IMG/VR virus record: IMGVR_UViG_3300029267_002600
Span: 1 to 64,000 of that record
DNA: 64,000 nt
Strand: one strand, 5' to 3'
DNA from: a virus
Shown one piece after another: positions 47,453 through 56,558 of the stretch. Under the pieces are notes generated by a model that had not been told where the DNA came from, searched no databases, and was given only the letters and a program-made list of their open reading frames with translations. The translations under genes were made by a program, and so were the position numbers. Position 1 is the stretch's first letter. Each line of letters starts with the position of its first letter.

Positions 47453-48594
47453 TTCTGATAATGTTCGGCATTATACTGATTGCAACAATTCCAGTTCAAG
47501 CACAGGAAATAACGATAAAATCAATAGATCCATCCGAGTATTATGATTCCAAGCCATGCATTTGGGGGAATTACATTGTTTGGAGAAGGGCGATCAATCA
47601 GAATGACAATGAGTATATCGAATTGAGAGAACCATCATGGATAATGGTTCATGACATTGATAAAGGAAGGTCTTGGAACATTACCGAGAAAAACTTGCTT
47701 ATGTATGGATCAGATATTTATTGCCATGCCGAAGCCCCTGAAATTCAAGACGGCAGAATCATCTATGAGGCACAGGGAAGCGGAAATTCGTGGGATACTC
47801 GTTTATTCATGTATAATATATCCAGCAAGAAAACTTGGGAGATTCCATTGAAATCCACAGATTACGCACATGGGCATCTGCATCTTATACATGACGATTG
47901 GATTGCCTACACCCACAAGGAGAATGGAAAACGTCAAGCATACTTGCTGAACTATGCGGATGGTAATTACAGAACGATAGTTGGCAAGAACGAGAATTAT
48001 AGTGTTTATGGCATGGTCATGTGGGAAGATACTGTTGTGATCACAGCATTGAACAATTCTGATGGTTTTGAGATCTTGACATATGACATAGGCACAACAA
48101 TGAGAGAAAGCATAGGGATTGGCTTCAATTACAGCAAGGCGATTGCCACCACGATCCACGAAGATAGGGTTGGCATCAATATTCTGGAAGAACAGGACAA
48201 TTCAACCCAATGGAATTGCTACATTTACGATCTTGAAAGCGATACATTAACCAAATTGCAAGATGGGATATACGGATTGCTTATTTGGGGCAATCAGATG
48301 GCTTACGAGCATGATGGCAATATCTTTATTCAGAATCAAGGTCAGGATATTGTAATCACTTCGATAGGAAAGCAGTATTTGGGCGATATTTACGATAATG
48401 CATTGGTTTGGATGGACAATAGCAATTCCGAAGGCGATCATGGTGATGCAAGGGATAATACAGATGTCTTTGTTAGGAAGCGGATCACTCCCGAAGAAAT
48501 CTTTTGGAACAATTGGTATTTCATCTTGATTCTGATAGTGATAATTGTGATCGGATTATTGTTTAGAGGAAGCGGAAAGGAAGGGATGGTGTAA
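47434..48594 (+). CDS. secreted, C-terminally anchored beta-propeller-like protein (paralogue of 30245..31609)
   Basis: Signal peptide ...IATIPVQA/QE. Shared motifs with 30245..31609. C-terminal TM FILILIVIIVIGLLF. Confidence 0.7.
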   Translation: MCKSGLILIMFGIILIATIPVQAQEITIKSIDPSEYYDSKPCIWGNYIVWRRAINQNDNEYIELREPSWIMVHDIDKGRSWNITEKNLLMYGSDIYCHAEAPEIQDGRIIYEAQGSGNSWDTRLFMYNISSKKTWEIPLKSTDYAHGHLHLIHDDWIAYTHKENGKRQAYLLNYADGNYRTIVGKNENYSVYGMVMWEDTVVITALNNSDGFEILTYDIGTTMRESIGIGFNYSKAIATTIHEDRVGINILEEQDNSTQWNCYIYDLESDTLTKLQDGIYGLLIWGNQMAYEHDGNIFIQNQGQDIVITSIGKQYLGDIYDNALVWMDNSNSEGDHGDARDNTDVFVRKRITPEEIFWNNWYFILILIVIIVIGLLFRGSGKEGMV

Positions 48595-48651
48595 ATCGGG
48601 GTATTTCATGGGCGAAATTAATGCGGTAGGCATATACAGGGGCTTGATAGC

Positions 48652-49167
48652 GTGAATAACTCAAGGATAAAGGCAGGAACATATGCCGATCCCCAAGATA
48701 GTGCCGTAAAACGCCTAAAAACGCCCTTTAAAGAGCAACAGGCACGAAATAAGGAGAAAATCATCATAATTACCCTGCAAGGCACGATTCTGAACGAAAA
48801 TCAGGAAATACCTAATACGGCAGTATTCTTGAGCATGATGAAAAAGACAACTGGCTTGAAGATGATATATTTGGGTGGAATCCCTGCAAAAGAGAAGAAG
48901 CAGATCAAGAAGTTCATGCGAAATAATCAGTTCCCACAGGGCAGGATCTATTTGCAGAAGAAGAATACGGAACTTGATGATCATTATCTGGAAGTATTGC
49001 TGGAACATAAGTTGTATTACGATTGCATGGTGATTACGAGCAATGAGAAGATCTTGTCATATTGCGGAATATTGGGGATTTCAAGCGTGAAAACTCCAGA
49101 AAACACAGAATGGGATTGTGGGAAACGGCAAGAGATAATACGGAAATGCGGTTGTATCGGCGGTTAG
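48652..49167 (+). CDS. hypothetical protein
   Basis: GTG start. 171 aa. No confident family. Confidence 0.45.
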   Translation: MNNSRIKAGTYADPQDSAVKRLKTPFKEQQARNKEKIIIITLQGTILNENQEIPNTAVFLSMMKKTTGLKMIYLGGIPAKEKKQIKKFMRNNQFPQGRIYLQKKNTELDDHYLEVLLEHKLYYDCMVITSNEKILSYCGILGISSVKTPENTEWDCGKRQEIIRKCGCIGG

Positions 49168-49240
49168 CCCGAATAGGCAAAAGTATATATATTTGTAATG
49201 AGATACACCTTTTGCTATTTGTTAGCAGGAAGTGGAATAA

Positions 49241-49735
49241 ATGGAAAGAAAAGATTGCTGGAGATGTGGTGGTAGTGGTCAGATACAACATCCACATCAT
49301 GTAGGTGAGAATGTTGATTGCCCAAGTTGTGCAATAACATCAGAAGAACAGGAAGTGAGCAAGATAGAGAATGCCAAGATGGGTGATTTCTGCCCATTCT
49401 GTTTGGAAATGACCGTTCATCATGGTATGCTGAAGGGTGGAGATGAATTATTGTGGGTATATAATTGCACGAATTGTAATTTCCACATTGAGTATCCAGT
49501 AGTATCATCCTACAATGTTGCGGATATGGATGGAACTGTTGGTGAGATCATAGCGATAAACAAGAGGAAGCCAATCAACTGGAATGAAAGTCAGGGAGAG
49601 ATAGATTATTCATTGGAGAGTTTCACAATAAGATGGAAGGATGGGGCAGTTCATGAAAAAGTATGTCCAGAAGCAGTATTTGTGATGGGGGATATAAGAA
49701 CGATAAGAGAAGAATTGAAAAAGGAAGTGGAATAA
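49241..49735 (+). CDS. protein with N-terminal DnaJ-type CxxCxGxG zinc finger
   Basis: CWRCGGSGQ...CPSC, then CPFC...CTNC. Ends KKEVE, overlapping the next SD-like GGAAGTGG. Confidence 0.55.
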   Translation: MERKDCWRCGGSGQIQHPHHVGENVDCPSCAITSEEQEVSKIENAKMGDFCPFCLEMTVHHGMLKGGDELLWVYNCTNCNFHIEYPVVSSYNVADMDGTVGEIIAINKRKPINWNESQGEIDYSLESFTIRWKDGAVHEKVCPEAVFVMGDIRTIREELKKEVE

Positions 49736-50002
49736 ATGGGAGAACAGCAGTTTAAAAAAGTGAGAAAGGGAAGGCGAATTACCTGTATCTATTACAATGG
49801 ATATGGGCAATTGCGTAAGCAACAGAAATGGTCATGGATTTGTGAATGTGGTAAGGAATACCAATCTATGAATGGGGCAAAATATTGTTGCTATCCGAAA
49901 AAGACAAAGAAAGATATATCTTATGTTAAAGATTCATTTCTTTGCATGGAAGGGGGAAAACTGCCAGAATGGGCAGAACCACAAGAAAAGGAAGTGAAAT
50001 AA
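49736..50002 (+). CDS. small Cys-rich (zinc-ribbon-like) protein
   Basis: WICECG...CCYPKK. Ends EKEVK. Confidence 0.5.
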   Translation: MGEQQFKKVRKGRRITCIYYNGYGQLRKQQKWSWICECGKEYQSMNGAKYCCYPKKTKKDISYVKDSFLCMEGGKLPEWAEPQEKEVK

Positions 50003-50112
50003 TGACGGATGAAGAAGCATATGGGTGTAAGGGTTGCGGAAAGAAAGGAATGACATATGATGAATTAATAGAACATCTTTTTGAAGAATTTGCAGTAAAG
50101 GAAGTGGAATAA
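50002..50112 (+). CDS. 36-aa mini-protein with CxxC (below the track threshold)
   Basis: MTDEEAYGCKGCGKKGMTYDELIEHLFEEFAVKEVE. TAATG overlap. The stop abuts the next ATG. Confidence 0.4.
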   Translation: MTDEEAYGCKGCGKKGMTYDELIEHLFEEFAVKEVE

Positions 50113-50457
50113 ATGGTAAGGAAAGGAGAAAGGATAGGATACACAACCGAAGAAGCAATCAAAGGCAAAGAATATGCTTGGAAAGATGAATACGGTGAGT
50201 ATCACACAAAGAAGAATTACTGGCATTGTGGGGTATGCAATAAGAAATTCATTGCAAGGAGAGATGCCCAAACTTGTGAAGATTTACACAATGCGAAATG
50301 TTCTATTTGTGGTAATCCTGCAACAGTTCAGATAATATTAAGAAGGGAATATTTTTGTGATAAACATTACAATAACCAACCAATATATGCCAAATTATCA
50401 GAATTAAGAGATGAACATCAAAAAAGATCAGTAGTATATAAAAAGGAAGTGGATTAA
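50113..50457 (+). CDS. double zinc-ribbon protein
   Basis: CGVCNKKF...CEDLH and CSICGN...CDKH. Ends KKEVD. Confidence 0.55.
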   Translation: MVRKGERIGYTTEEAIKGKEYAWKDEYGEYHTKKNYWHCGVCNKKFIARRDAQTCEDLHNAKCSICGNPATVQIILRREYFCDKHYNNQPIYAKLSELRDEHQKRSVVYKKEVD

Positions 50458-50613
50458 ATGACGGCGATAGCGAAGATAATGAATAAGGCGTTCAGGAAAC
50501 TGGACAGCAAGAGATGTTGGGTGTGCAATGGAAGTGGAACGATAATAACCTTTATTGGCATTGGCATACCATGTGCCAAGTGTCATGGAGAAGGGCTTGT
50601 TAGGGTGGTTTAA
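50458..50613 (+). CDS. 51-aa stand-alone DnaJ-type zinc-finger mini-protein
   Basis: CWVCNGSGT and CAKCHGEGL (two CxxCxGxG). Below the track threshold. Confidence 0.5.
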   Translation: MTAIAKIMNKAFRKLDSKRCWVCNGSGTIITFIGIGIPCAKCHGEGLVRVV

Positions 50614-50748
50614 ATGGGTTTTGAGGGCAAAACCGAATATGTGTGCCAGAACTGTTGGCACAAACACTTCCAGAACAAGAGAACAGGAGAAGCACTTGAT
50701 TGTTCGTATGCAGGTTGCGATTGCAAGGATTATGATGATGGTGAGTAA
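50614..50748 (+). CDS. 44-aa Cys-rich mini-protein
   Basis: MGFEGKTEYVCQNCWHKHF...CSYAGCDCKDY. The ATG abuts the upstream stop. Confidence 0.4.
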   Translation: MGFEGKTEYVCQNCWHKHFQNKRTGEALDCSYAGCDCKDYDDGE

Positions 50749-50749
50749 A

Positions 50750-51049
50750 ATGGATACCCATGAGATAGACACATTGGAGAAAGTCATGGATGATACCTTT
50801 GAAACGCCAGAAGATAACCGAACAACCATGCCAATCCATGAGAACATCAAGAAGGAGTATGTGTATAGCAGATACAGGGAAGTTCTTCTATACGTTCTGC
50901 ATGAAGCGACAGAAGAAGGATATGCATTTGTAGTGCATTATACACCGACAGGGGAGATCTATGGTTTCAAGACATGGCAGGAAGCGGATGGCTTTGCGAA
51001 GGGCAGGAAAGCCCATGTAGGCGCATTCAATCAGTTGTGGGGGGAGTAG
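50750..51049 (+). CDS. hypothetical protein
   Basis: In-frame ATG at 50750 within track ORF 50555..51049. The upstream part of that ORF is occupied by the two mini-genes. Confidence 0.5.
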   Translation: MDTHEIDTLEKVMDDTFETPEDNRTTMPIHENIKKEYVYSRYREVLLYVLHEATEEGYAFVVHYTPTGEIYGFKTWQEADGFAKGRKAHVGAFNQLWGE

Positions 51050-51051
51050 AG

Positions 51052-51192
51052 ATGGCAGATGATAGGATCAGATTAGAACGGCATGAACCCCCATACACAA
51101 AGGAATGCCCTGATTGTAAGGGCAAAGGAACGGTCAAGAAGGGATGGCAGAAGTGTTTGAGATGCAATGGAGAAGGCAGGGTGTATGTATGA
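51052..51192 (+). CDS. 46-aa stand-alone DnaJ-type zinc-finger mini-protein
   Basis: CPDCKGKGT and CLRCNGEGR. In-frame ATG inside track ORF 50974..51192. Confidence 0.5.
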   Translation: MADDRIRLERHEPPYTKECPDCKGKGTVKKGWQKCLRCNGEGRVYV

Positions 51193-51314
51193 AGAAACTC
51201 AAATACAGGTGTAACAAGTGCGGTTGGGCAACCTACTTTTACAAGTTGGTTAGCGGAAGAACTTGCCGAAACCCCGAAAAGAATTGTGATGGGCTTTTGA
51301 TGAGGGTGAAGTAA
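51189..51314 (+). CDS. 41-aa zinc-ribbon mini-protein
   Basis: CNKCG...CRNPEKNC. ATGA overlap. Confidence 0.4.
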   Translation: MKKLKYRCNKCGWATYFYKLVSGRTCRNPEKNCDGLLMRVK

Positions 51315-51439
51315 TGAACAAGAGATCACAACAACAAAAAATATGTGGTTGCGGAACAAAAATGACCATTACAACATCTACAACTCCCAAAGAAGATGGT
51401 TCTGATGAATTGTGGTATTGCAAAAAGTGTGATCATTGA
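51314..51439 (+). CDS. 41-aa zinc-ribbon mini-protein
   Basis: CGCG...CKKC. TAATG overlap. Confidence 0.4.
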   Translation: MNKRSQQQKICGCGTKMTITTSTTPKEDGSDELWYCKKCDH

Positions 51440-51482
51440 ATTTAGATTCAATGATGATGGTAGTGTAGTGGTGGTGAGTTAA

Positions 51483-52040
51483 GTGGTTCAAGCATGGGAA
51501 TGTGATAGTTGCGATAAGAGATGCAGAAGATATACAGATAATGATGGAGATTTTCCAGTAATAGATGGAAGATTATGCAAAGAAGCGGAATATCCTAATA
51601 CCAATGCCCATTTTGTTCCGATAGATTTTCATGAAATCACAGAAGAACAATACATAGAAGCCCTGAATATCTATCTGGATATTGCCTATCCTGATGATAA
51701 GCGGATATGGAGAATCATAGTAGGTCAGCGAATGGAATCAGGAGAAATTTCTGGAGAGCATCAAAGACGATCTATTTTTGTTAGTGTATGCGAAGAACCA
51801 CACCGTTCAGCATTCTTTAGGCATGGCATCCCATCCTCTATCACATTCGGCAGTTGGATTCAACCGCACATGAAATTGCGATATGATGATTGTGGTTATA
51901 AGGATAAGAAGGAACTTTGGGTAGAATCCAATGAGAGATCCGAAGATGGAGAAGTGGCTTGTGAATTGAGCAGGGAAATAGCCCAAGAGATTGAGAAGGC
52001 ATGGAGAGAACAATTGGATTGGTTTGAGGAAGGCGATTGA
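51483..52040 (+). CDS. hypothetical protein
   Basis: GTG start. N-terminal CDSCDKRC. Confidence 0.55.
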   Translation: MVQAWECDSCDKRCRRYTDNDGDFPVIDGRLCKEAEYPNTNAHFVPIDFHEITEEQYIEALNIYLDIAYPDDKRIWRIIVGQRMESGEISGEHQRRSIFVSVCEEPHRSAFFRHGIPSSITFGSWIQPHMKLRYDDCGYKDKKELWVESNERSEDGEVACELSREIAQEIEKAWREQLDWFEEGD

Positions 52041-52218
52041 GTTGGATAAAGAAAAGATTGGTGTGATCATATTCTTTGGTGGTGGGTTAATTGCATTTCC
52101 AATAACATTAGTTAATGTTGCCTTTGGCTGTTTGGCTATTGCGATCACAACAATATCTGGATTCTCTATTGTTTATTATGAACGAGAAATCAAGCATTTG
52201 AGAAAGAAGGGTGATTGA
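51991..52218 (+). CDS. small membrane protein (2 TM); start probably internal
   Basis: The hydrophobic core GVIIFFGGGLIAFPITLVNVAFGCLAIAITTISGF lies after the upstream stop (52040). Confidence 0.4.
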   Translation: MRRHGENNWIGLRKAIELDKEKIGVIIFFGGGLIAFPITLVNVAFGCLAIAITTISGFSIVYYEREIKHLRKKGD

Positions 52219-53013
52219 ATGACTTTGAAGGTACATTACACAGAAAAGCCACTATCAATTGGCAAACTTCATAAGGTATTTTGTGGCAGGATGGTAAGGG
52301 CAGTTCATACAGATACAGATCTGAATGAAGTAACTTGTAAATCATGTTTAAACAAACTGAAGAAAAGAGAACAGATAGAAACCAATCCATATGTGATATG
52401 CAGAAGCAACGGTCAGATTTGCATGGATTGTGGCAAGAAGATTAAGATCGGTGAGGAATATTGGTATTACACATCATCCAATAAGAAGTTGAAGAAAAAG
52501 AAGAAGAAATACACATATTGTAAGCCCTGCAAGGAGAAGCCAGAACATAACCGAGATCGGTTGGATTATGAGGGCATGGCATTCACATTATTGAACAAGC
52601 CCCTTTTCAAGCACGAATTTGAGCAGAAGTTTGAGTTATCCAACAGATGCCAAAGCAATGAGATTATCAACCGATTGTTCAATCTTGGCTTCCCGATCAG
52701 GAAGTTCAGATGGTTCAAGAGATCACGATACAACAGCAGGATAGGTGAGAATCCAAATTGGAATCATGGCTTTCAACCTAATAAATTCACAATCTACTAT
52801 CATGAAGGCACAGAAAATAAGGTAGTAAAGCGATTACTGGAAGAATTTGGATTTGATTCAATCAAGTGGAAGGATCTGATACAATCGTTATACGGTTGCA
52901 GGTTGCCAACAGAAGTAAGAAGTAAGGAAGCATTAGTTGATTGGTCAAACCACAATGTTTATAATTTTATACCGAATAAAGCAAATGAAAAAGGAGATGA
53001 AGAAAATGAGTAA
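52219..53013 (+). CDS. zinc-ribbon-containing protein
   Basis: CKSC, CMDCGKK...CKPC. Poly-Lys run. Confidence 0.55.
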   Translation: MTLKVHYTEKPLSIGKLHKVFCGRMVRAVHTDTDLNEVTCKSCLNKLKKREQIETNPYVICRSNGQICMDCGKKIKIGEEYWYYTSSNKKLKKKKKKYTYCKPCKEKPEHNRDRLDYEGMAFTLLNKPLFKHEFEQKFELSNRCQSNEIINRLFNLGFPIRKFRWFKRSRYNSRIGENPNWNHGFQPNKFTIYYHEGTENKVVKRLLEEFGFDSIKWKDLIQSLYGCRLPTEVRSKEALVDWSNHNVYNFIPNKANEKGDEENE

Positions 53014-53410
53014 GATAGATAAGGAGAAGTTTGGAAAAATACTGAAAAGTAAGAAAGCCATGCGGAAGATAATGATGGCTTTTTTGATGTGTGCGGTGGC
53101 ATTCTATGGAATTGCGTTCATGCTTGGACACTTTGGCATAGAATACGGAACGGATATAATCATGCAATGGGGTAACATCTTTGTTTTGATTGTGATCTTG
53201 ATATTTGCCTATGAGATGTTCTTCTTTGATGAGGATTTCCAGAAGATAATGAGGGGCAATAAAAAGGATAGATGCCCAAAGTGTAAATCAAAGGAATATA
53301 TTGTCATGATCAAACCCTATGAACTTGATGGAAATCCGAAAGAGAAACGACAATGTAAGAAATGCGCCCATGTTTATGATGTGGAAGTGGCAAAAAAGGT
53401 GAAATCATGA
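53006..53410 (+). CDS. membrane protein with C-terminal zinc ribbon
   Basis: ATG 53006 (MSKIDKEKF). Two TM helices. CPKC...CKKC. Confidence 0.55.
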   Translation: MSKIDKEKFGKILKSKKAMRKIMMAFLMCAVAFYGIAFMLGHFGIEYGTDIIMQWGNIFVLIVILIFAYEMFFFDEDFQKIMRGNKKDRCPKCKSKEYIVMIKPYELDGNPKEKRQCKKCAHVYDVEVAKKVKS

Positions 53411-53494
53411 TGTTTGTAACACATGGTAATGCCCCATTAAACGAAGTGATGATGGGGATGGGCAGATGTGTTACTTATGAACAGGAGGTTTCCG

Positions 53495-54223
53495 ATGTCA
53501 AATAATGAAACCCATCCAACAGATGCCTCGTCTGTAGCGGAAGTGAGTTACAAACTGGGGGACTGTTATGAGTTAATTAAAGACTTACCAGATAATTCGG
53601 TTGACTTGATACTCACAGACCCGCCATATGGGATTAACAAAGAGGGTGTTATCGGTGACGACTCATTAGATACCTTTAAGAATATCCAAGATGAATTATA
53701 CAGGGTATTAAAGACAGATAGGTGGGCGGTGTTTTTTGTTCCAAATGGTAGGTTGCCCGAAGTATTAGAGTTCATGCCTTTTGATTATGTGTGGTCATGT
53801 ATGGTGTTTTATTCAAATATGCAACGGGTAAACCACATCCCTATCGGGCGTTGCATGACCTCCATGTATATAGTTTTCAAAAAGGGCAACCCAAAAACAA
53901 ATAGAAAGATATGGGATATTCAAAAGTATGTATATCGTGGAGAGGACATCGTAAAACACCCCAGTCCAAAACCAATAGTGGTCTGTGAAAGAATTGTTAC
54001 TGCTTTTAGCAAACCGAATGACATGGTTTTCGACCCATTTTTAGGTAGTGGCACGACATTAATGGCTTGTCGTAACACTGGTCGAAATGGATTGGGCTAT
54101 GAAATAAACGAAGAATATGAACAAGTAATCAAGGAACGCATAAAAGAGTCAGTCCCCGAATTAATGAAGTACGACTCACTTCCGCAAGGGCGGGGAGGTG
54201 TAGGGAATGAGCGAAGCGAATGA
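53495..54223 (+). CDS. DNA methyltransferase (N6-adenine/N4-cytosine, beta-class motif order)
   Basis: DLILTDPPYG (motif IV) precedes FDPFLGSGTT (motif I). ATG 53495 lies 6 nt after a canonical AGGAGG. Codon usage differs from the neighbouring genes (many GAC, CTC, TCG, CCC codons). Confidence 0.85.
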   Translation: MSNNETHPTDASSVAEVSYKLGDCYELIKDLPDNSVDLILTDPPYGINKEGVIGDDSLDTFKNIQDELYRVLKTDRWAVFFVPNGRLPEVLEFMPFDYVWSCMVFYSNMQRVNHIPIGRCMTSMYIVFKKGNPKTNRKIWDIQKYVYRGEDIVKHPSPKPIVVCERIVTAFSKPNDMVFDPFLGSGTTLMACRNTGRNGLGYEINEEYEQVIKERIKESVPELMKYDSLPQGRGGVGNERSE

Positions 54224-54256
54224 TTGGACAGTCACTTTTAATGGTGGCGGTCAGTA

Positions 54257-54379
54257 ATGGTAAGTGAGATTACCTTTCAAACGAGTTCTACAAACGAAGG
54301 AGATATAGATAAGTTCATAAAGTTAGCAAATAAATTAAAACTTGGCTATTATTGTGAGGAAGTGGAAATCGGTGGATAA
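54257..54379 (+). CDS. 40-aa mini-protein, tentative
   Basis: MVSEITFQTSSTNEGDIDKFIKLANKLKLGYYCEEVEIGG. Contains GGAAGTGG ahead of the next ATG. Confidence 0.3.
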   Translation: MVSEITFQTSSTNEGDIDKFIKLANKLKLGYYCEEVEIGG

Positions 54380-54380
54380 T

Positions 54381-54518
54381 ATGCCCATGAAAAACTTGCC
54401 AATATGCCCGAAATGTGAGCATTGGATAGGTAGTATCTATCACTTATATTTTTGTCAGCATTGGCACAAGCGAAGAAAAAAGGAAGTGGCAAATGAACAA
54501 GAAAGTTCTACTAATTGA
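54381..54518 (+). CDS. 45-aa zinc-ribbon mini-protein, tentative
   Basis: MPMKNLPICPKCEHW...FCQHWH. Overlaps the start of the radical-SAM gene. Confidence 0.35.
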   Translation: MPMKNLPICPKCEHWIGSIYHLYFCQHWHKRRKKEVANEQESSTN

Positions 54519-55485
54519 TGTTGATTCCAAAATTCCCAACATAGCCCTGATGAAAATCTCCGCATGGCATAAGCAACAGGGCGATCAGGTTTCATGGGAT
54601 GCTAAAGATCCTGATATTGTTTATGCCAGTATAATTTTTACTGAAAATCGTGATAAACTCTACTTTCTGAAGCAAAATTATCCAAATGCGGAGATCCATA
54701 TTGGTGGATCAGGATACTCATTGGATATAGAACTGCCCAAAGAAATTGATAAAATGAAGCCCGATTATTCGATCTACAAAGAACGATATTCAATAAATTT
54801 CACTACAAGGGGTTGCCCCAACAAATGCAAGTGGTGTATTGTGGGCGAAAAGGAAGGGCATAAGGTAGTGCCATATCAAAAGATAGAGCAGTTCCATGAT
54901 CCGAAACACAAGAAGGTAGTATTGCTGGATAACAACATATTAGCCCTGAAAGATTGGTTCAGGGAGAACATGGGGTATGTGAAGAAGCACAATCTGAAGG
55001 TGGATTTCAATCAGGGCTTGGATATTCGATTGGTGGATGAAGAAATTATCGAAATTTTGAAGTCAGTAAATTACCATGAGTTGCGATTCGCATGGGATAG
55101 CATGGAAGTTAGCAAGATCGTGAAGAAGAAACTCAAATTGATAGAGAAGCATTTCCATCATGAAATTCATGTATATCATGCGATCACATTCTACATTTTA
55201 GTGGAATGCGATACAAACATTGTAGAAGATCTGGAAAGGGTTCATTACTTGAGAGAAAGGAACATTCCATCCTACATAATGCCCTATCAGAAGATCTACA
55301 AGAAACAACCCGATCCTGTAAGGCAGAAGCATACGAAATCATTGGAACGATACTGCAATAAGCGTGATGAATATTTCCGATATGATAATTATTGGGAATA
55401 CCTGAAGGGATACTATTCATTGAGTTACTATCTGAAGATCAAGGCGAAATATGATAAATTGAAAGGTGAGAACAATGGAAAATGA
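54493..55485 (+). CDS. radical SAM domain protein
   Basis: TTRGCPNKCKWCIV contains CxxxCxxC. The N-terminal KVLLIDVDSKIPNIALMKISAW looks like a Rossmann/B12-binding-like lead-in. Confidence 0.7.
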   Translation: MNKKVLLIDVDSKIPNIALMKISAWHKQQGDQVSWDAKDPDIVYASIIFTENRDKLYFLKQNYPNAEIHIGGSGYSLDIELPKEIDKMKPDYSIYKERYSINFTTRGCPNKCKWCIVGEKEGHKVVPYQKIEQFHDPKHKKVVLLDNNILALKDWFRENMGYVKKHNLKVDFNQGLDIRLVDEEIIEILKSVNYHELRFAWDSMEVSKIVKKKLKLIEKHFHHEIHVYHAITFYILVECDTNIVEDLERVHYLRERNIPSYIMPYQKIYKKQPDPVRQKHTKSLERYCNKRDEYFRYDNYWEYLKGYYSLSYYLKIKAKYDKLKGENNGK

Positions 55486-55735
55486 ACTGATACTGATAAC
55501 AAAGGTAGATTGTCAGAAGTGTGATTGGTTGAAGAACAAGTTAGAGAAGGAGAGCATTGAGATCGAAACCCATGATGCAAAATCGGTTGATGGCATGGTT
55601 CATCTGGCTTTTCATGGATTACTGGATGATGATGTCCATATGCCAGTATTGTTGATCAATGACGATAGGCACATTGCAGGGAAAACGCTTGAAATGTTGA
55701 AGGAGATCCGACAGAATAACGGCGCAAAAGTTTAA
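55475..55735 (+). CDS. glutaredoxin/NrdH-like small redox protein
   Basis: LILITKVDCQKCDWLKNKL (CxxC after beta1) ...PVLLIND. About 86 aa. Confidence 0.55.
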   Translation: MENELILITKVDCQKCDWLKNKLEKESIEIETHDAKSVDGMVHLAFHGLLDDDVHMPVLLINDDRHIAGKTLEMLKEIRQNNGAKV

Positions 55736-55766
55736 ATTTATATACTGTTTAAGGGATATTGTTAGA

Positions 55767-55979
55767 ATGGGAAAAAAGGATGAAGAAATCAAAGAGCAAT
55801 TGCTTGTAGAAAGTTTGGGCTATGTCAAAATCCCAAAACGAGTTAGAGATCAGTATGGCAACCCGAAGAAGTATCCCAATCCTGATGTATCGGCGCATGA
55901 GCAGGATGGCAAACTGATAGTATGCTATGAGTTTGAACTGGATGAGTTGCCGAAGAAGGAGAAGAAGGAAGTGGAATAG
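55767..55979 (+). CDS. AbrB/SpoVT-type DNA-binding domain protein, putative
   Basis: GYVKIPKRVRDQYG resembles the looped-hinge-helix core (G.v.IPk.vR..lg). Confidence 0.45.
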   Translation: MGKKDEEIKEQLLVESLGYVKIPKRVRDQYGNPKKYPNPDVSAHEQDGKLIVCYEFELDELPKKEKKEVE

Positions 55980-56192
55980 ATGGTTGAAGCAATAATTGAA
56001 TTGGGTAAAGAAAATCCATTCATTTTAAGAGTTAAAGATGTAAGCATTTACCATTTTTCAAAAACAGTAGATATATTATCAGAAATTCATGGAGAAAGAA
56101 CAGTTAATCAGGAAGAATTGGACAAGTTACTTGAATTAATGGGTAAAGTTGAAAATTATTATTTAACTTTACCAAAGAAGGAAGTGGAGTAA
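55980..56192 (+). CDS. hypothetical protein
   Basis: 70-aa ORF ending KKEVE. Confidence 0.5.
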   Translation: MVEAIIELGKENPFILRVKDVSIYHFSKTVDILSEIHGERTVNQEELDKLLELMGKVENYYLTLPKKEVE

Positions 56193-56558
56193 TTGGAGAA
56201 GATAGTTGAAGTCAAAGGCGATAGATTCTTTATTAAAGGTTGTTTAAATTTAAAACTGAAAAGTTTGTTGCCATGCCAAAAGTGTGGTTTTTGGAATGGA
56301 GAAAAATGCGAAAATCCAGATTATAATCATGAAGAAATGGATGGGATATTGCATGGCAGATGGGAGATCATGAAATTTGAAATTCCACATGAGGAAATTA
56401 TAATTGATACAATGCCGATCCCAACAAATAAAGTATCAAAATTAAAATGTAAGCATTGTGGGATGGAAATAGAATGTAAGATTCCAAAATGGAAAGAAGG
56501 CGAATGTCCATCAGGAGAACTTCAGCACGAATTTAGGGCATTAAAGGAAGAAGATTAA
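56193..56558 (+). CDS. zinc-ribbon-containing protein
   Basis: TTG start after GGAAGTGG. CQKCG...C and CKHCG...C. Confidence 0.5.
   Translation: MEKIVEVKGDRFFIKGCLNLKLKSLLPCQKCGFWNGEKCENPDYNHEEMDGILHGRWEIMKFEIPHEEIIIDTMPIPTNKVSKLKCKHCGMEIECKIPKWKEGECPSGELQHEFRALKEED

Noticed and set aside
52484-52513. The AAG/AAA-rich run (KKLKKKKKK) in 52219..53013 as a slippery or frameshift site.
   Set aside because: No alternative frame is open downstream. It simply encodes a poly-Lys linker.
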